From Candidatus Babeliales bacterium (GTDB lineage Bacteria; Babelota; Babeliae; Babelales; JACPOV01), in assembly GCA_050250855.1 (NCBI GenBank), contig JBFWNW010000004.1, positions 50,919 to 82,918 on the forward strand: 32,000 bases of DNA, in the 5' to 3' direction. How positions within the stretch are numbered: the first letter of the stretch is position 1; each line of letters opens with the position of its first letter. The notes under the pieces are model-generated. The model was not told where the DNA came from. It saw only the letters and a program-made list of their open reading frames with translations, and ran no database searches. Below, in pieces: positions 1 through 7,180 of this stretch. Position numbers and translations under genes: made by a program.

Positions 1-44
1 GATAAGCTATAAGTATAGCATAACATTTTATGTATGCATGATTC

Positions 45-87
45 AAAAAAGAAAAAATAATGGATAGGCAGTTATTCTGCCTATCCA
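45..87 (-). terminator. Rho-independent terminator downstream of CDS 133..954
   Basis: Perfect 10-bp inverted repeat tggataggca (61-70) / tgcctatcca (78-87) with a 7-nt loop. On the minus strand it is followed by a U-rich tract (plus-strand aaaaaagaaaaaataa, 45-60). Confidence 0.7.
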
Positions 88-90
88 TTA

Positions 91-137
91 TTTGAATTAT
101 TTGTTTAGAGATAAAAGATTTAAAAGTTCTGTTTATT
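91..137 (-). repeat. About 45-nt copy of the 3-prime end of ankyrin gene 982..1860, lying across and downstream of the stop codon of CDS 133..954
   Basis: tttgaattatttgtttagagataaaagatTtaaaagttcTgtt-tatt (91-137) matches tttgaattatttgtttagagataaaagatCtaaaagttcGgttctatt (976-1023). Read on the minus strand it would encode TELLNLLSLNK*, compared with the real C-terminus TELLDLLSLNK*. Confidence 0.8.
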
Positions 138-954
138 CAAATACACCTTTTACGCAGCAGGTACATGGAAAAAATAACCAACCATAAAACGTTTTGCCTT
201 CTTCAAAATTTCTTTTTCCAGTAGAATCATATTTGTCATGACAACAGTCATGTGCTATTAGAGAGCCCACACAGCAAAGAGGGCAAAAGATCAGTTGTGT
301 GGCGGTACGTGCACTACACATAAGAAGCCATATTCCGGTGCCTAAATAGTATTTTCTTGATTTTTTATATTCTTCATAATTTCCATGTTCCAATGTACTA
401 GAAGAAGCGATGCCATATTTTTGTTTAATGCGTTTGGTGTAGTTTTCTTGGCAGATTTCATTCCATTTTTCTTCTTCTTCCGGCCATCGCATACACCATG
501 GCACGGTGCAAATACAGCAATCTTGGCAAGTATCCAAACAGTCGGATTGATAATCCATTTTTTTGTAAGCTTTTTGCATTGTTATTTGATCATTATTTTT
601 TTGAGCAATTTCAATAATTTTTTTTGCATTTTTTGGTGTTAATCTTAAATGTTGAGCAAGAAGCTTTTCAAGTTTGGGACTTCTTGAGTTTGAGAGTGGC
701 TCAAGGTTGCTACACAATGTATGAAAATGCTTATTAGTTTTTGCCATTGCTTTAATTGTTTTTAAACTATCTTCACTGTCAGTGGCAATATATTCTAAGA
801 TGTGCAGTTGCACAGGAAGCGGCACCTCATTCAGATAATCATACGCAACTATTTCTTGTTTTGAATCTTTTAACAAAGGCGTAGTTTCTGATGTCATTGC
901 ATTAAAAGAATATGCTGCGGTAATTATTGTTAGGTACGTTATACATTTATTCAT
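133..954 (-). CDS. Hypothetical secreted protein with an F-box-like motif and a Cys-rich C-terminal half
   Basis: 273-aa ORF with an ATG start and signal-like N-terminus MNKCITYLTIITAAYSFNA. The segment LPVQLHILEYIATDSEDSLKTIKAMAKTNKHFHTL fits the loose F-box pattern LPxxLxxxILxYL...K.F..L. There are about 16 Cys in the last ~135 aa (DCCICTVPWC, FCPLCCVG, HDCCH, PCTCCVKG) and a terminator downstream. Confidence 0.75.
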   Translation of the reverse strand: MNKCITYLTIITAAYSFNAMTSETTPLLKDSKQEIVAYDYLNEVPLPVQLHILEYIATDSEDSLKTIKAMAKTNKHFHTLCSNLEPLSNSRSPKLEKLLAQHLRLTPKNAKKIIEIAQKNNDQITMQKAYKKMDYQSDCLDTCQDCCICTVPWCMRWPEEEEKWNEICQENYTKRIKQKYGIASSSTLEHGNYEEYKKSRKYYLGTGIWLLMCSARTATQLIFCPLCCVGSLIAHDCCHDKYDSTGKRNFEEGKTFYGWLFFPCTCCVKGVFE

Positions 955-975
955 ATTTATCCCTGATAGTGTGAT

Positions 976-1023
976 TTTGAATTATTTGTTTAGAGATAAA
1001 AGATCTAAAAGTTCGGTTCTATT
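976..1023 (-). repeat. Partner copy of the 3-prime-end module (the authentic C-terminus of the ankyrin gene plus 6 nt downstream)
   Basis: See feature 91..137. About 45 nt are shared, with 2 substitutions and a 1-nt indel. Confidence 0.8.
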
Positions 1024-1860
1024 GTTTTCTGATATAAATTTTGTAAAATTTACTACATGATCAGCAGCAGATTCATTAAATTTATTTTTTAATGATGGAT
1101 TTGCACCATGTTTTAACAATAACTGTATAATAGCAACTACATCTTTTTGAGTGAGTACACTTGCTTTTTGTGTGACACGCATTAAAGGCGTGGTCTCATT
1201 ATTATCAGTTGTATTACAATCAGCATTCCAAGCAAGAAGCTGTTCTACGGCTTTTGTATGAAGACCCCAGACTGCCCAATGCAGAGCGGTTTGACCAAAA
1301 GTATCTTTTTGATTAATAAGACATTTTTTTGTGCCAAAAAGAAGTTTCATGATTTCAAGCTTGCCAGCTCCAGAGGCCCACTGAAAAGGAGTTTTTCCTT
1401 CAACGCCTCCTAGTTCAGGATTTGCGCCAGCATCAAGAAGAAGCTGTACAATATCAGTATGTCCTTTGTAACTTGCCCATGCAAGAGGAGTTTGTCCTTT
1501 GTTATTACGTGCATTTATTTGTACTTTTGGTTGTTGTAGCAAGAGCTCAACAACTTTTTTTTGGTTATTGCTAGCAGCCCAATGTAAAGCAGTTTCGCCA
1601 CGTTTATCTGTGTTGTTTATTATAGATGGACTATCGATAAGCCATTCTTGGACCGTATCATAGTGACCATGACCAGCTGCCCATTGAATAGTTATATCAT
1701 CAAACTTTTCTACCATGGGTTTTTGTTCATAAAAATTCTGGCTCGTTTTAGCTTGAGGCATATATTTTTGTTGCGCTCGAGAAAGTTTTCTTTCCATAGC
1801 TTGCATTGATCCAGCAACAACAAGAAGGAAAAGAAGGGGATATTTTGTATAAGTATTCAT
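982..1860 (-). CDS. Ankyrin-repeat protein with an N-terminal signal peptide
   Basis: About six ANK repeats read by eye: GETALHWAASNNQKKVVELLL, GQTPLAWASYKGHTDIVQLLLDAGANP, GKTPFQWASGAGKLEIMKLL, GQTALHWAVWGLHTKAVEQLLAWNADCN and IIQLLLKHGANPSLKN. Signal-like MNTYTKYPLLFLLVVAGSMQA. Confidence 0.9.
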   Translation of the reverse strand: MNTYTKYPLLFLLVVAGSMQAMERKLSRAQQKYMPQAKTSQNFYEQKPMVEKFDDITIQWAAGHGHYDTVQEWLIDSPSIINNTDKRGETALHWAASNNQKKVVELLLQQPKVQINARNNKGQTPLAWASYKGHTDIVQLLLDAGANPELGGVEGKTPFQWASGAGKLEIMKLLFGTKKCLINQKDTFGQTALHWAVWGLHTKAVEQLLAWNADCNTTDNNETTPLMRVTQKASVLTQKDVVAIIQLLLKHGANPSLKNKFNESAADHVVNFTKFISENNRTELLDLLSLNK

Positions 1861-2024
1861 ATAAACACTCCATTTAGTTATGCTTTTGTTTAATATCTAT
1901 TAGTAATTATATCATAAAAAAAATAAAAGTAAAGGGGGTTTTATACCTGTAAAGAGAGCACAAAGCCCCAAGGCTTTTCAGTAGCTTTTGAAATACCTAT
2001 TCTGGGGGTGCTCAGGATAGTCTT

Positions 2025-3662
2025 TTACAGACTTCTGGTTGCTACAAAGATAGGCAATTTTCCCTCTGCGCGCAAAGTTCCTTTAATAACATGAGCAACG
2101 GTATTAAATGCATCAACATCATTTTCATAGCCCATAATAAGAGCATCAGGTTGTAATTCTAAGAATAAGGGAATGCTATACGGTGTGCCAAAAAGAGCAA
2201 TGATAACTGTTTTGCCCGATAAGTTTTTTAAGAATGTTAAAAATTCAAGGGAAAAACCATAGAGCTGTTTATTCTTTTCTGGGGCACAGGTAACAATAAT
2301 TGTTTGATAGTTTTTAGTAAGCGCGGCACATTTAGGTATAGTTTCAGATGCTACGGTAAAAGAGGGTATTTCTAATATTCTGTCAAACATACTGTTGTGT
2401 GGCGTGCAATGAAAAATGCACGTATTTTCAGTATACGCGAGCGGCAGCATATTATTATTGCATATGAGTGTAATAGCTTTTTCAAAGGCCATTTTTTTCA
2501 GCTGACAGGCAGAAGCGTCATGTATGCGCGCTAAAGCTTGTTTTTCATCAATAAATTTTTCTTTATTCAGGTGAAGTTTTTCTTTTATCCGTAACAATTT
2601 AAGAACTTTTTTATTAACCTTTTTTTCTGAAAGTATACCCTCTGTAACAGCTTGTTCAAGATAGGCTATAGTTTCTGGGACTAAAATAGGACAGAGCAAA
2701 ATATCGTTACCCGCTTGTAGTGCTTTCAATGCAACCTCTTGCGCTGAATAATGATTGGTAAGTGCTTTCATGCCCAAGCCATCAGTGAATACAAGGCCTT
2801 TAAAGCCAAGTTCTTTTTGCAGAATATTTGTTACGACATTTCCAGAAAGGCTTGCTGGTAACGAATCATCAAAAGCAGGAATAAGAAGATGAGCATTCAT
2901 AACAGCAGCAACACCAGCATCAATAAGTTGTTTGAAGGGGTAAAGTTCTTGCGCGTGCAGTTCATCTTTATTTTTTAAAATAGTTGGCAAGTGATAATGT
3001 GAATCAAGATTAGTGTCACCATGCCCTGGAAAATGTTTTGCGCAAGCAAGAATGCCGGCATCTTGCAAACCATGCATAAATGTTGCCCCGCACGTAGCAA
3101 CGTGTTCTTTCGTGTCGCCAAATGCACGATCATGAATTACAGGATTGTCAGGATTGGTATTACTATCAACAACCGGAGCAAAATTAATATGAACACCAAT
3201 AGCTTTGCATTGCTCCCCAATTTCTTTGCCAACGGCATAAAGCAATGCGTGGTCTTGCATAGCGCCAAGCGTAAGATTTTTAGGAAAGCGGACTGCATTT
3301 TCATGGCGCATAGCAAGGCCCCATTCGCAATCTTGTCCAACGAGTAGCGGAATTGCGCTCAATGCTTGGAATCTATTAGTAAGCTCTATTTGCCTACTGG
3401 TAGAACCTTTATATAAAAAAATAATGCCGCCAATGGAATACTGTTCTATGAGCAGCTCAAGATGATCATGATTGAGATTATATGCAGATCGTTGTTGCCA
3501 ATCAATTTGATCATGCGAAGGTGGTAAAACTGCTGCTGTTGTTGCCACCATGCATAATTGACCAATTTTTTGACGAAGTGAAAGGTGTGCAAGCGTTTCT
3601 TCTGCCCAACCGGCATGCGCGCTTGTTGAGAGTAGTATGATACTAAAAATATTTATTTTCAT
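2025..3662 (-). CDS. Glycoside hydrolase family 3 protein (beta-N-acetylhexosaminidase/NagZ-like, long secreted form)
   Basis: GH3 N-domain motifs are present: KHFPGHGDT, GGIIF, VGQDCEWGLAMR (the IDAEWG-type variant of DQEGG) and FTDGLGMKAL. I prefer the ATG at 3662 (MKINIFSIILLSTSAHA signal peptide) over the TTG at 3686 used by the ORF track. Confidence 0.85.
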   Translation of the reverse strand: MKINIFSIILLSTSAHAGWAEETLAHLSLRQKIGQLCMVATTAAVLPPSHDQIDWQQRSAYNLNHDHLELLIEQYSIGGIIFLYKGSTSRQIELTNRFQALSAIPLLVGQDCEWGLAMRHENAVRFPKNLTLGAMQDHALLYAVGKEIGEQCKAIGVHINFAPVVDSNTNPDNPVIHDRAFGDTKEHVATCGATFMHGLQDAGILACAKHFPGHGDTNLDSHYHLPTILKNKDELHAQELYPFKQLIDAGVAAVMNAHLLIPAFDDSLPASLSGNVVTNILQKELGFKGLVFTDGLGMKALTNHYSAQEVALKALQAGNDILLCPILVPETIAYLEQAVTEGILSEKKVNKKVLKLLRIKEKLHLNKEKFIDEKQALARIHDASACQLKKMAFEKAITLICNNNMLPLAYTENTCIFHCTPHNSMFDRILEIPSFTVASETIPKCAALTKNYQTIIVTCAPEKNKQLYGFSLEFLTFLKNLSGKTVIIALFGTPYSIPLFLELQPDALIMGYENDVDAFNTVAHVIKGTLRAEGKLPIFVATRSL

Positions 3663-3709
3663 AGTGCTTTCTGGTGCCGCGCTCAATCATTATTATCATT
3701 ATATTTCAA

Positions 3710-3738
3710 TTGAAAAAATACTCTTTTAATAGTATTAT
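3710..3738 (+). promoter_or_regulatory. Candidate sigma70-type promoter for the nfeD-SPFH operon
   Basis: TTGAAA (3710-3715), a 17-nt spacer, then TATTAT (3733-3738), with TATAAT also at 3736-3741. GAGGTG RBS lies 6 nt before the ATG at 3772. In AT-rich sequence such hexamers also arise by chance. Confidence 0.35.
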
Positions 3739-3771
3739 AATACTATATTTTTAACCACATGAGGTGAACCT

Positions 3772-4209
3772 ATGATTACCACAACATTATATTGGTTGCT
3801 AGCAGCACTTTTATTATTATTTTTTGAGCTGGCAAGTCCCAGTCATTTTTTATTTTTTTCATTTTCATGTGGTGCTTTAGGCGGTGCTATTGCTAGTTGG
3901 TTGAATCTAACAATTTTTTGGCAGGCACTTATAGCATGTGCATTTACCATCAGTTCATTTATCTATTTGCGTTGGTGGTTGCAGGTGCATACTAAAAAGA
4001 AAGCGGAATATGAATCAAATATGTTTGCCTTGGTAGGTAAAACGGGAATTATTACCAAAGCAGCGCAAGCTCAAGAATTTGGGCAGGTTAAAATTGGCGG
4101 CCAAATATGGTCATGCCGCGGTGTACATGATCAAGCCATGCAAGAAGGAAGTAGAGTGCGTATCGTCCGTGTGCAAGGTGCACATGTTGTTGTAGAACCT
4201 CTTGTTTGA
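3772..4209 (+). CDS. NfeD-family membrane protein
   Basis: Two to three N-terminal TM helices plus a C-terminal OB-like NfeD signature (GKTGIITKAA...GQVKIGGQIWSCRG...GSRVRIVRVQGAHVVVEP). It lies directly upstream of an SPFH gene, the classic NfeD-stomatin pairing. Confidence 0.8.
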   Translation: MITTTLYWLLAALLLLFFELASPSHFLFFSFSCGALGGAIASWLNLTIFWQALIACAFTISSFIYLRWWLQVHTKKKAEYESNMFALVGKTGIITKAAQAQEFGQVKIGGQIWSCRGVHDQAMQEGSRVRIVRVQGAHVVVEPLV

Positions 4210-4221
4210 AAGGCTTAGATT

Positions 4222-5202
4222 ATGATCGAAATTGGTATTTTTCTTATAGTTCTTTTAGTTATTGGTGCATTTATTTTAGCGCAATCTGTCTATTTAATTC
4301 GCCAATCAGAGGCACTTATTATTGAACGTTTTGGGCGCTTTGACCGTGTATTAACGCCAGGGTTGCATATGATTATGCCATTCATGGACCGTCCTCATAT
4401 GGTTGTTTGGACATTTTTGGTGCCTGATGGCCGTGGAAAATATATGCGCATTTTGCAAAACGTTACTAAAATTGATCTGCGCGAAGCGGTATATGATTTT
4501 CCAAAACAAAATGTAATTACCAAAGATAACGTAACCATGGAAATTAATGCCTTGTTATATTATCAAATTACTGATCCAAAAGCTGCTATTTATGAAGTGG
4601 CGAATTTGCCAGAAGCAATTGAAAAATTAACGCAAACAACGTTGCGTAACGTTATAGGTTCCTTGGACCTTGATGAAACATTGACTTCACGCGATCAGAT
4701 CAATGAAAAGCTTCGTATTATTTTAGATGAAGCAACAGACAAATGGGGCGTTAAGGTAAACCGTGTTGAACTGCAGGAAGTAAATCCACCGCATGATATT
4801 CGTCAAGCAATGGAAAAACAAATGCGCGCTGAGCGTGATCGCCGTGCAAAGATTTTGGAATCTGAAGGTACTAAGCGTGCAGCAATTTTAGAAGCAGAAG
4901 GTATGCAAGAATCAAGTATTCTTAGAGCAAAAGGTATAGCAGAATCACAAGTTATTACCGCAACTGCAGAAGCTGAAGCCCGTTTAAAAATTGCTCAAGC
5001 TGAAGCAAAAGCTATTGAAATGATTCAGCAAGCAATGCCAGCTGGCGATCCCATGCATTATATGATTGCAACGCAGTATATCAAAGCCTTGCCAGAATTA
5101 ACTAAAGGCAAAGATGATAAACTGGTGGTAATTCCTTACGAAGCAGCATCGCTGGCTGGTTCTGTAGCTTCTATTAAGAAAATATTTCAGGAAGTGAAGT
5201 AA
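4222..5202 (+). CDS. SPFH/band 7 (stomatin-like) protein
   Basis: N-terminal TM helix, then IRQSEALIIERFGRFDRVLTPGLHMIMPF and ITKDNVTMEINALLYYQITDP. An A/E-rich coiled region (AEAEARLKIAQAEAKAIE) follows. It sits 12 nt after nfeD. Confidence 0.9.
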   Translation: MIEIGIFLIVLLVIGAFILAQSVYLIRQSEALIIERFGRFDRVLTPGLHMIMPFMDRPHMVVWTFLVPDGRGKYMRILQNVTKIDLREAVYDFPKQNVITKDNVTMEINALLYYQITDPKAAIYEVANLPEAIEKLTQTTLRNVIGSLDLDETLTSRDQINEKLRIILDEATDKWGVKVNRVELQEVNPPHDIRQAMEKQMRAERDRRAKILESEGTKRAAILEAEGMQESSILRAKGIAESQVITATAEAEARLKIAQAEAKAIEMIQQAMPAGDPMHYMIATQYIKALPELTKGKDDKLVVIPYEAASLAGSVASIKKIFQEVK

Positions 5203-5232
5203 GTTTTATACTTATTCATGAATTATTAACTA

Positions 5233-5358
5233 CCGTCCGAATGCTTCGACAGGCTCAGCACGAACGACTGTAATGTAACTTTTTTTTTATCCGTTCGCCC
5301 TGCGGTGCCCGGCGTAGCTTTACGCAAAGCCTGGGAGCTCGTCGAAGGGTACGAACGG
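5233..5358 (+). repeat. Composite palindromic repeat (family A: unit T2, spacer, unit T1), with T1 interrupted by a family-B hairpin
   Basis: T2 is ccgtccgaatgcttcgacaggctcagcacgaacg (5233-5266), followed by a 24-nt spacer. T1 is ccgttcgccctg[33-nt insert]agctcgtcgaagggtacgaacgg (5291-5358). T1 is homologous to the reverse complement of T2, so the pair can form a long hairpin. Confidence 0.85.
5303..5335. repeat. Family-B hairpin repeat nested inside a family-A unit
   Basis: cggTGCCCGGCGTAGCTTTacgcaAAGCCTGGG shares tgcccggcgtagcttt and aagcctggg with 7148-7180. It splits the otherwise conserved gccctg|agc core of unit T1. Confidence 0.75.
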
Positions 5359-5373
5359 AGAATTAATCGAAGC

Positions 5374-6651
5374 TCAATCTACATCACTATATTTTCTGGG
5401 TAAATTTTTTTCTCCCTGATGTCTACCAATATTATAGATATCTTCCAAAGTTGGTTTATATTCAGAGGCTGGGGTATTTTGTTCAATCTGTTGCAATGAT
5501 GTTTCAAGAGATGAAAGTTGTTTTTGGAGCGATTGAAGCTCAAGAGCAAGAGGACTTGCAGCAGGTGTTTCAATGGTAATAGGTTTTGTTACAGGAGCAG
5601 CCTTTACCGTTTTATCCCAACCATCTTTTCTTTGGTATATAAATAAATAGCCGCTTGCATTCGATTGGAGACCACCTTCAATTTGTTCTTTGTGCTGAGA
5701 GTCATTAATTGATACTTGAAGTACTTGCTGGTCATCGCAACGATACCAGATGTTATTTGGTTGACGAACATAAGCCCAGTAATGACCACCTTTTGCACCG
5801 CCACCTTGCACGATTACGCTTATTAATTCATAATCTGTCGGTTGGCCTTTTGTATTGACATAGTTTTTAATATCAAGTTTCTCAGGAATAGAAATTTGGT
5901 TGTGCAATTTTTGGCCAAAATTATCAAAGCGTTTTAGTGAAATAAAGAGAATTTCTGGTGCTTTGGACATTTTAAGTTGCTTGGTACAATCTGCGCGTTT
6001 TTCTTGTATGTTTGCTGCTGTTTCTTTCATACCTTTTTTGTATATGATGTATTCATCAATTTTTTCTATAGCAAAATAATTCTGTAGGCATTCTTGTAAG
6101 GAATTTAAGTTTTTTCCACTATTATTTTGTATCGGAAGGTCTAGGTTCTGGGCATCGTCTGTTTTAGGAACAGAAAAACCTTTATCTTGAGTTCTTGCAG
6201 GGCAATTGATCGTTGATATGAGTAAAAAATGAAAAAAATTTTTTATGGGCGAATTTTCTTTCTCTTTATCTGTGGCATATTTATTATGTAATTTTTCTGA
6301 AAATTTCCATATAAATTCAGTAGCATCTTCTTGCGAACCACAGACAGGACCTTCTTCCTCTGATTTCATCAGTTCGTATGCTTGTTTATCCAGTGTTCCC
6401 AAAGTACCACTGCATCCAAATGTTTGTTGAGGAGTATTTCTAAACTGAGTAATAAGAGTAATATAATTACCAACAATAGTTTGATCCGTTGGTTTTTGTT
6501 GTATAAGAAAATTAGTCAATGGGGTGATGTTGTATAATGCTTGAAGGCTGGCATTTAAAAAGCAGGTGTTGCCACAATTTTGCAGCTTATGCGGTTGAGC
6601 GAAGGCAGTTTGTGTTGCCAAACACATAATAAAAAGAATAAGTTTTTTCAT
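5374..6651 (-). CDS. Ubiquitin-specific protease (USP/UCH, peptidase C19)-like deubiquitinase with a signal peptide
   Basis: Cys box LQNCGNTCFLNASLQALY lies immediately after signal-like MKKLILFIMCLATQTAFA. Also present: QEDATEF motif, His box YELISVIVQGGGAKGGHYWAYV and WYRCDDQQV. A C-terminal P/A linker and heptad-like LQSLQKQLSSLETSLQQIEQ follow. Confidence 0.85.
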   Translation of the reverse strand: MKKLILFIMCLATQTAFAQPHKLQNCGNTCFLNASLQALYNITPLTNFLIQQKPTDQTIVGNYITLITQFRNTPQQTFGCSGTLGTLDKQAYELMKSEEEGPVCGSQEDATEFIWKFSEKLHNKYATDKEKENSPIKNFFHFLLISTINCPARTQDKGFSVPKTDDAQNLDLPIQNNSGKNLNSLQECLQNYFAIEKIDEYIIYKKGMKETAANIQEKRADCTKQLKMSKAPEILFISLKRFDNFGQKLHNQISIPEKLDIKNYVNTKGQPTDYELISVIVQGGGAKGGHYWAYVRQPNNIWYRCDDQQVLQVSINDSQHKEQIEGGLQSNASGYLFIYQRKDGWDKTVKAAPVTKPITIETPAASPLALELQSLQKQLSSLETSLQQIEQNTPASEYKPTLEDIYNIGRHQGEKNLPRKYSDVD

Positions 6652-6953
6652 AAAATCCCTTTTTTATAATGAATTATTTTTGAGCATACTATTTATTTTT
6701 TATGGTTTACAAGGATTTTAGGGCCCTACGGGCTAGTTTTTTTTGTTTATTATATTTTTTATATCTTAAGTTTTACGACCCCTATTCGGGGCAGAACCAG
6801 CCCCTTTTGCTTGTACAAAAGGGCTGGACAAAAATACACCAACATGCTGTTGGATCAGCTTGCCCGCTCAGACATCAACCACTCATCCTTCGGCTTTCAG
6901 CCTTGGCTTCAGGTCGCTGATTCGCTACCGGTGTGAATGTATAAATTATAATT

Positions 6954-7089
6954 CGTTCGCCCTGAGCCTGTCGAAGGGGTGCGAACAAAAAGTAAGGCCA
7001 TTCGTATGCTTCGACAAGCTCAGCACGAACGGAGTTAGTGTTGAGCATAGCGTTTACTACTGAGTTTATCGAAGTATCAGCACGAACGG
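6954..7089. repeat. Family-A repeat cluster (T1, spacer, T2, plus a rearranged partial unit)
   Basis: T1 is cgttcgccctgagcctgtcgaaggggtgcgaac (6954-6986). T2 is ttcgtatgcttcgacaagctcagcacgaacgg (7001-7032). The partial unit is atcgaagtatcagcacgaacgg (7068-7089). Confidence 0.85.
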
Positions 7090-7147
7090 TTAATTTTAAT
7101 ATTATGCACCTTGAAAGCTCATATGTTTGAGAGCTTCTCAGTTTTCT

Positions 7148-7180
7148 TGCCCGGCGTAGCTTTTTTAAGCGAAGCCTGGG
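7148..7180. repeat. Family-B hairpin repeat, free-standing copy
   Basis: tgcccggcgtagcttttttaagcgaagcctggg has an inner stem gctt/aagc and an outer stem cccgg/cctgg(g). It matches 5306-5335. Confidence 0.75.

Noticed and set aside
385-642. An 85-aa plus-strand ORF, and similar internal ORFs at 3021..3347, 13318..13704, 20042..20308, 24895..25215 and 30455..30733.
   Set aside because: All lie entirely inside, and antisense or out of frame to, much longer ORFs with clear protein motifs. Their translations are low-complexity (F/L/S/I-rich), as expected for shadow frames in AT-rich DNA.
1955-1985. A small hairpin aaagcc-ccaa-ggcttt downstream of the GH3 gene, as a terminator.
   Set aside because: The stem is only 6 bp and is not followed by a U-tract on the minus strand. 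The support is insufficient.
6721-6745. A hairpin gccc-tac-gggc followed by T8, as a plus-strand terminator.
   Set aside because: The stem is only 4 bp with a 3-nt loop, and no plus-strand gene or evident transcript lies upstream.
5233-7089. Possible CRISPR array, suggested by recurring ~33-nt GC-rich units.
   Set aside because: The units occur in inverted pairs with irregular spacing, are scattered over five distant loci, are internally palindromic with variable sequence, and no cas genes are present. A REP/MITE-like repeat is the better description.
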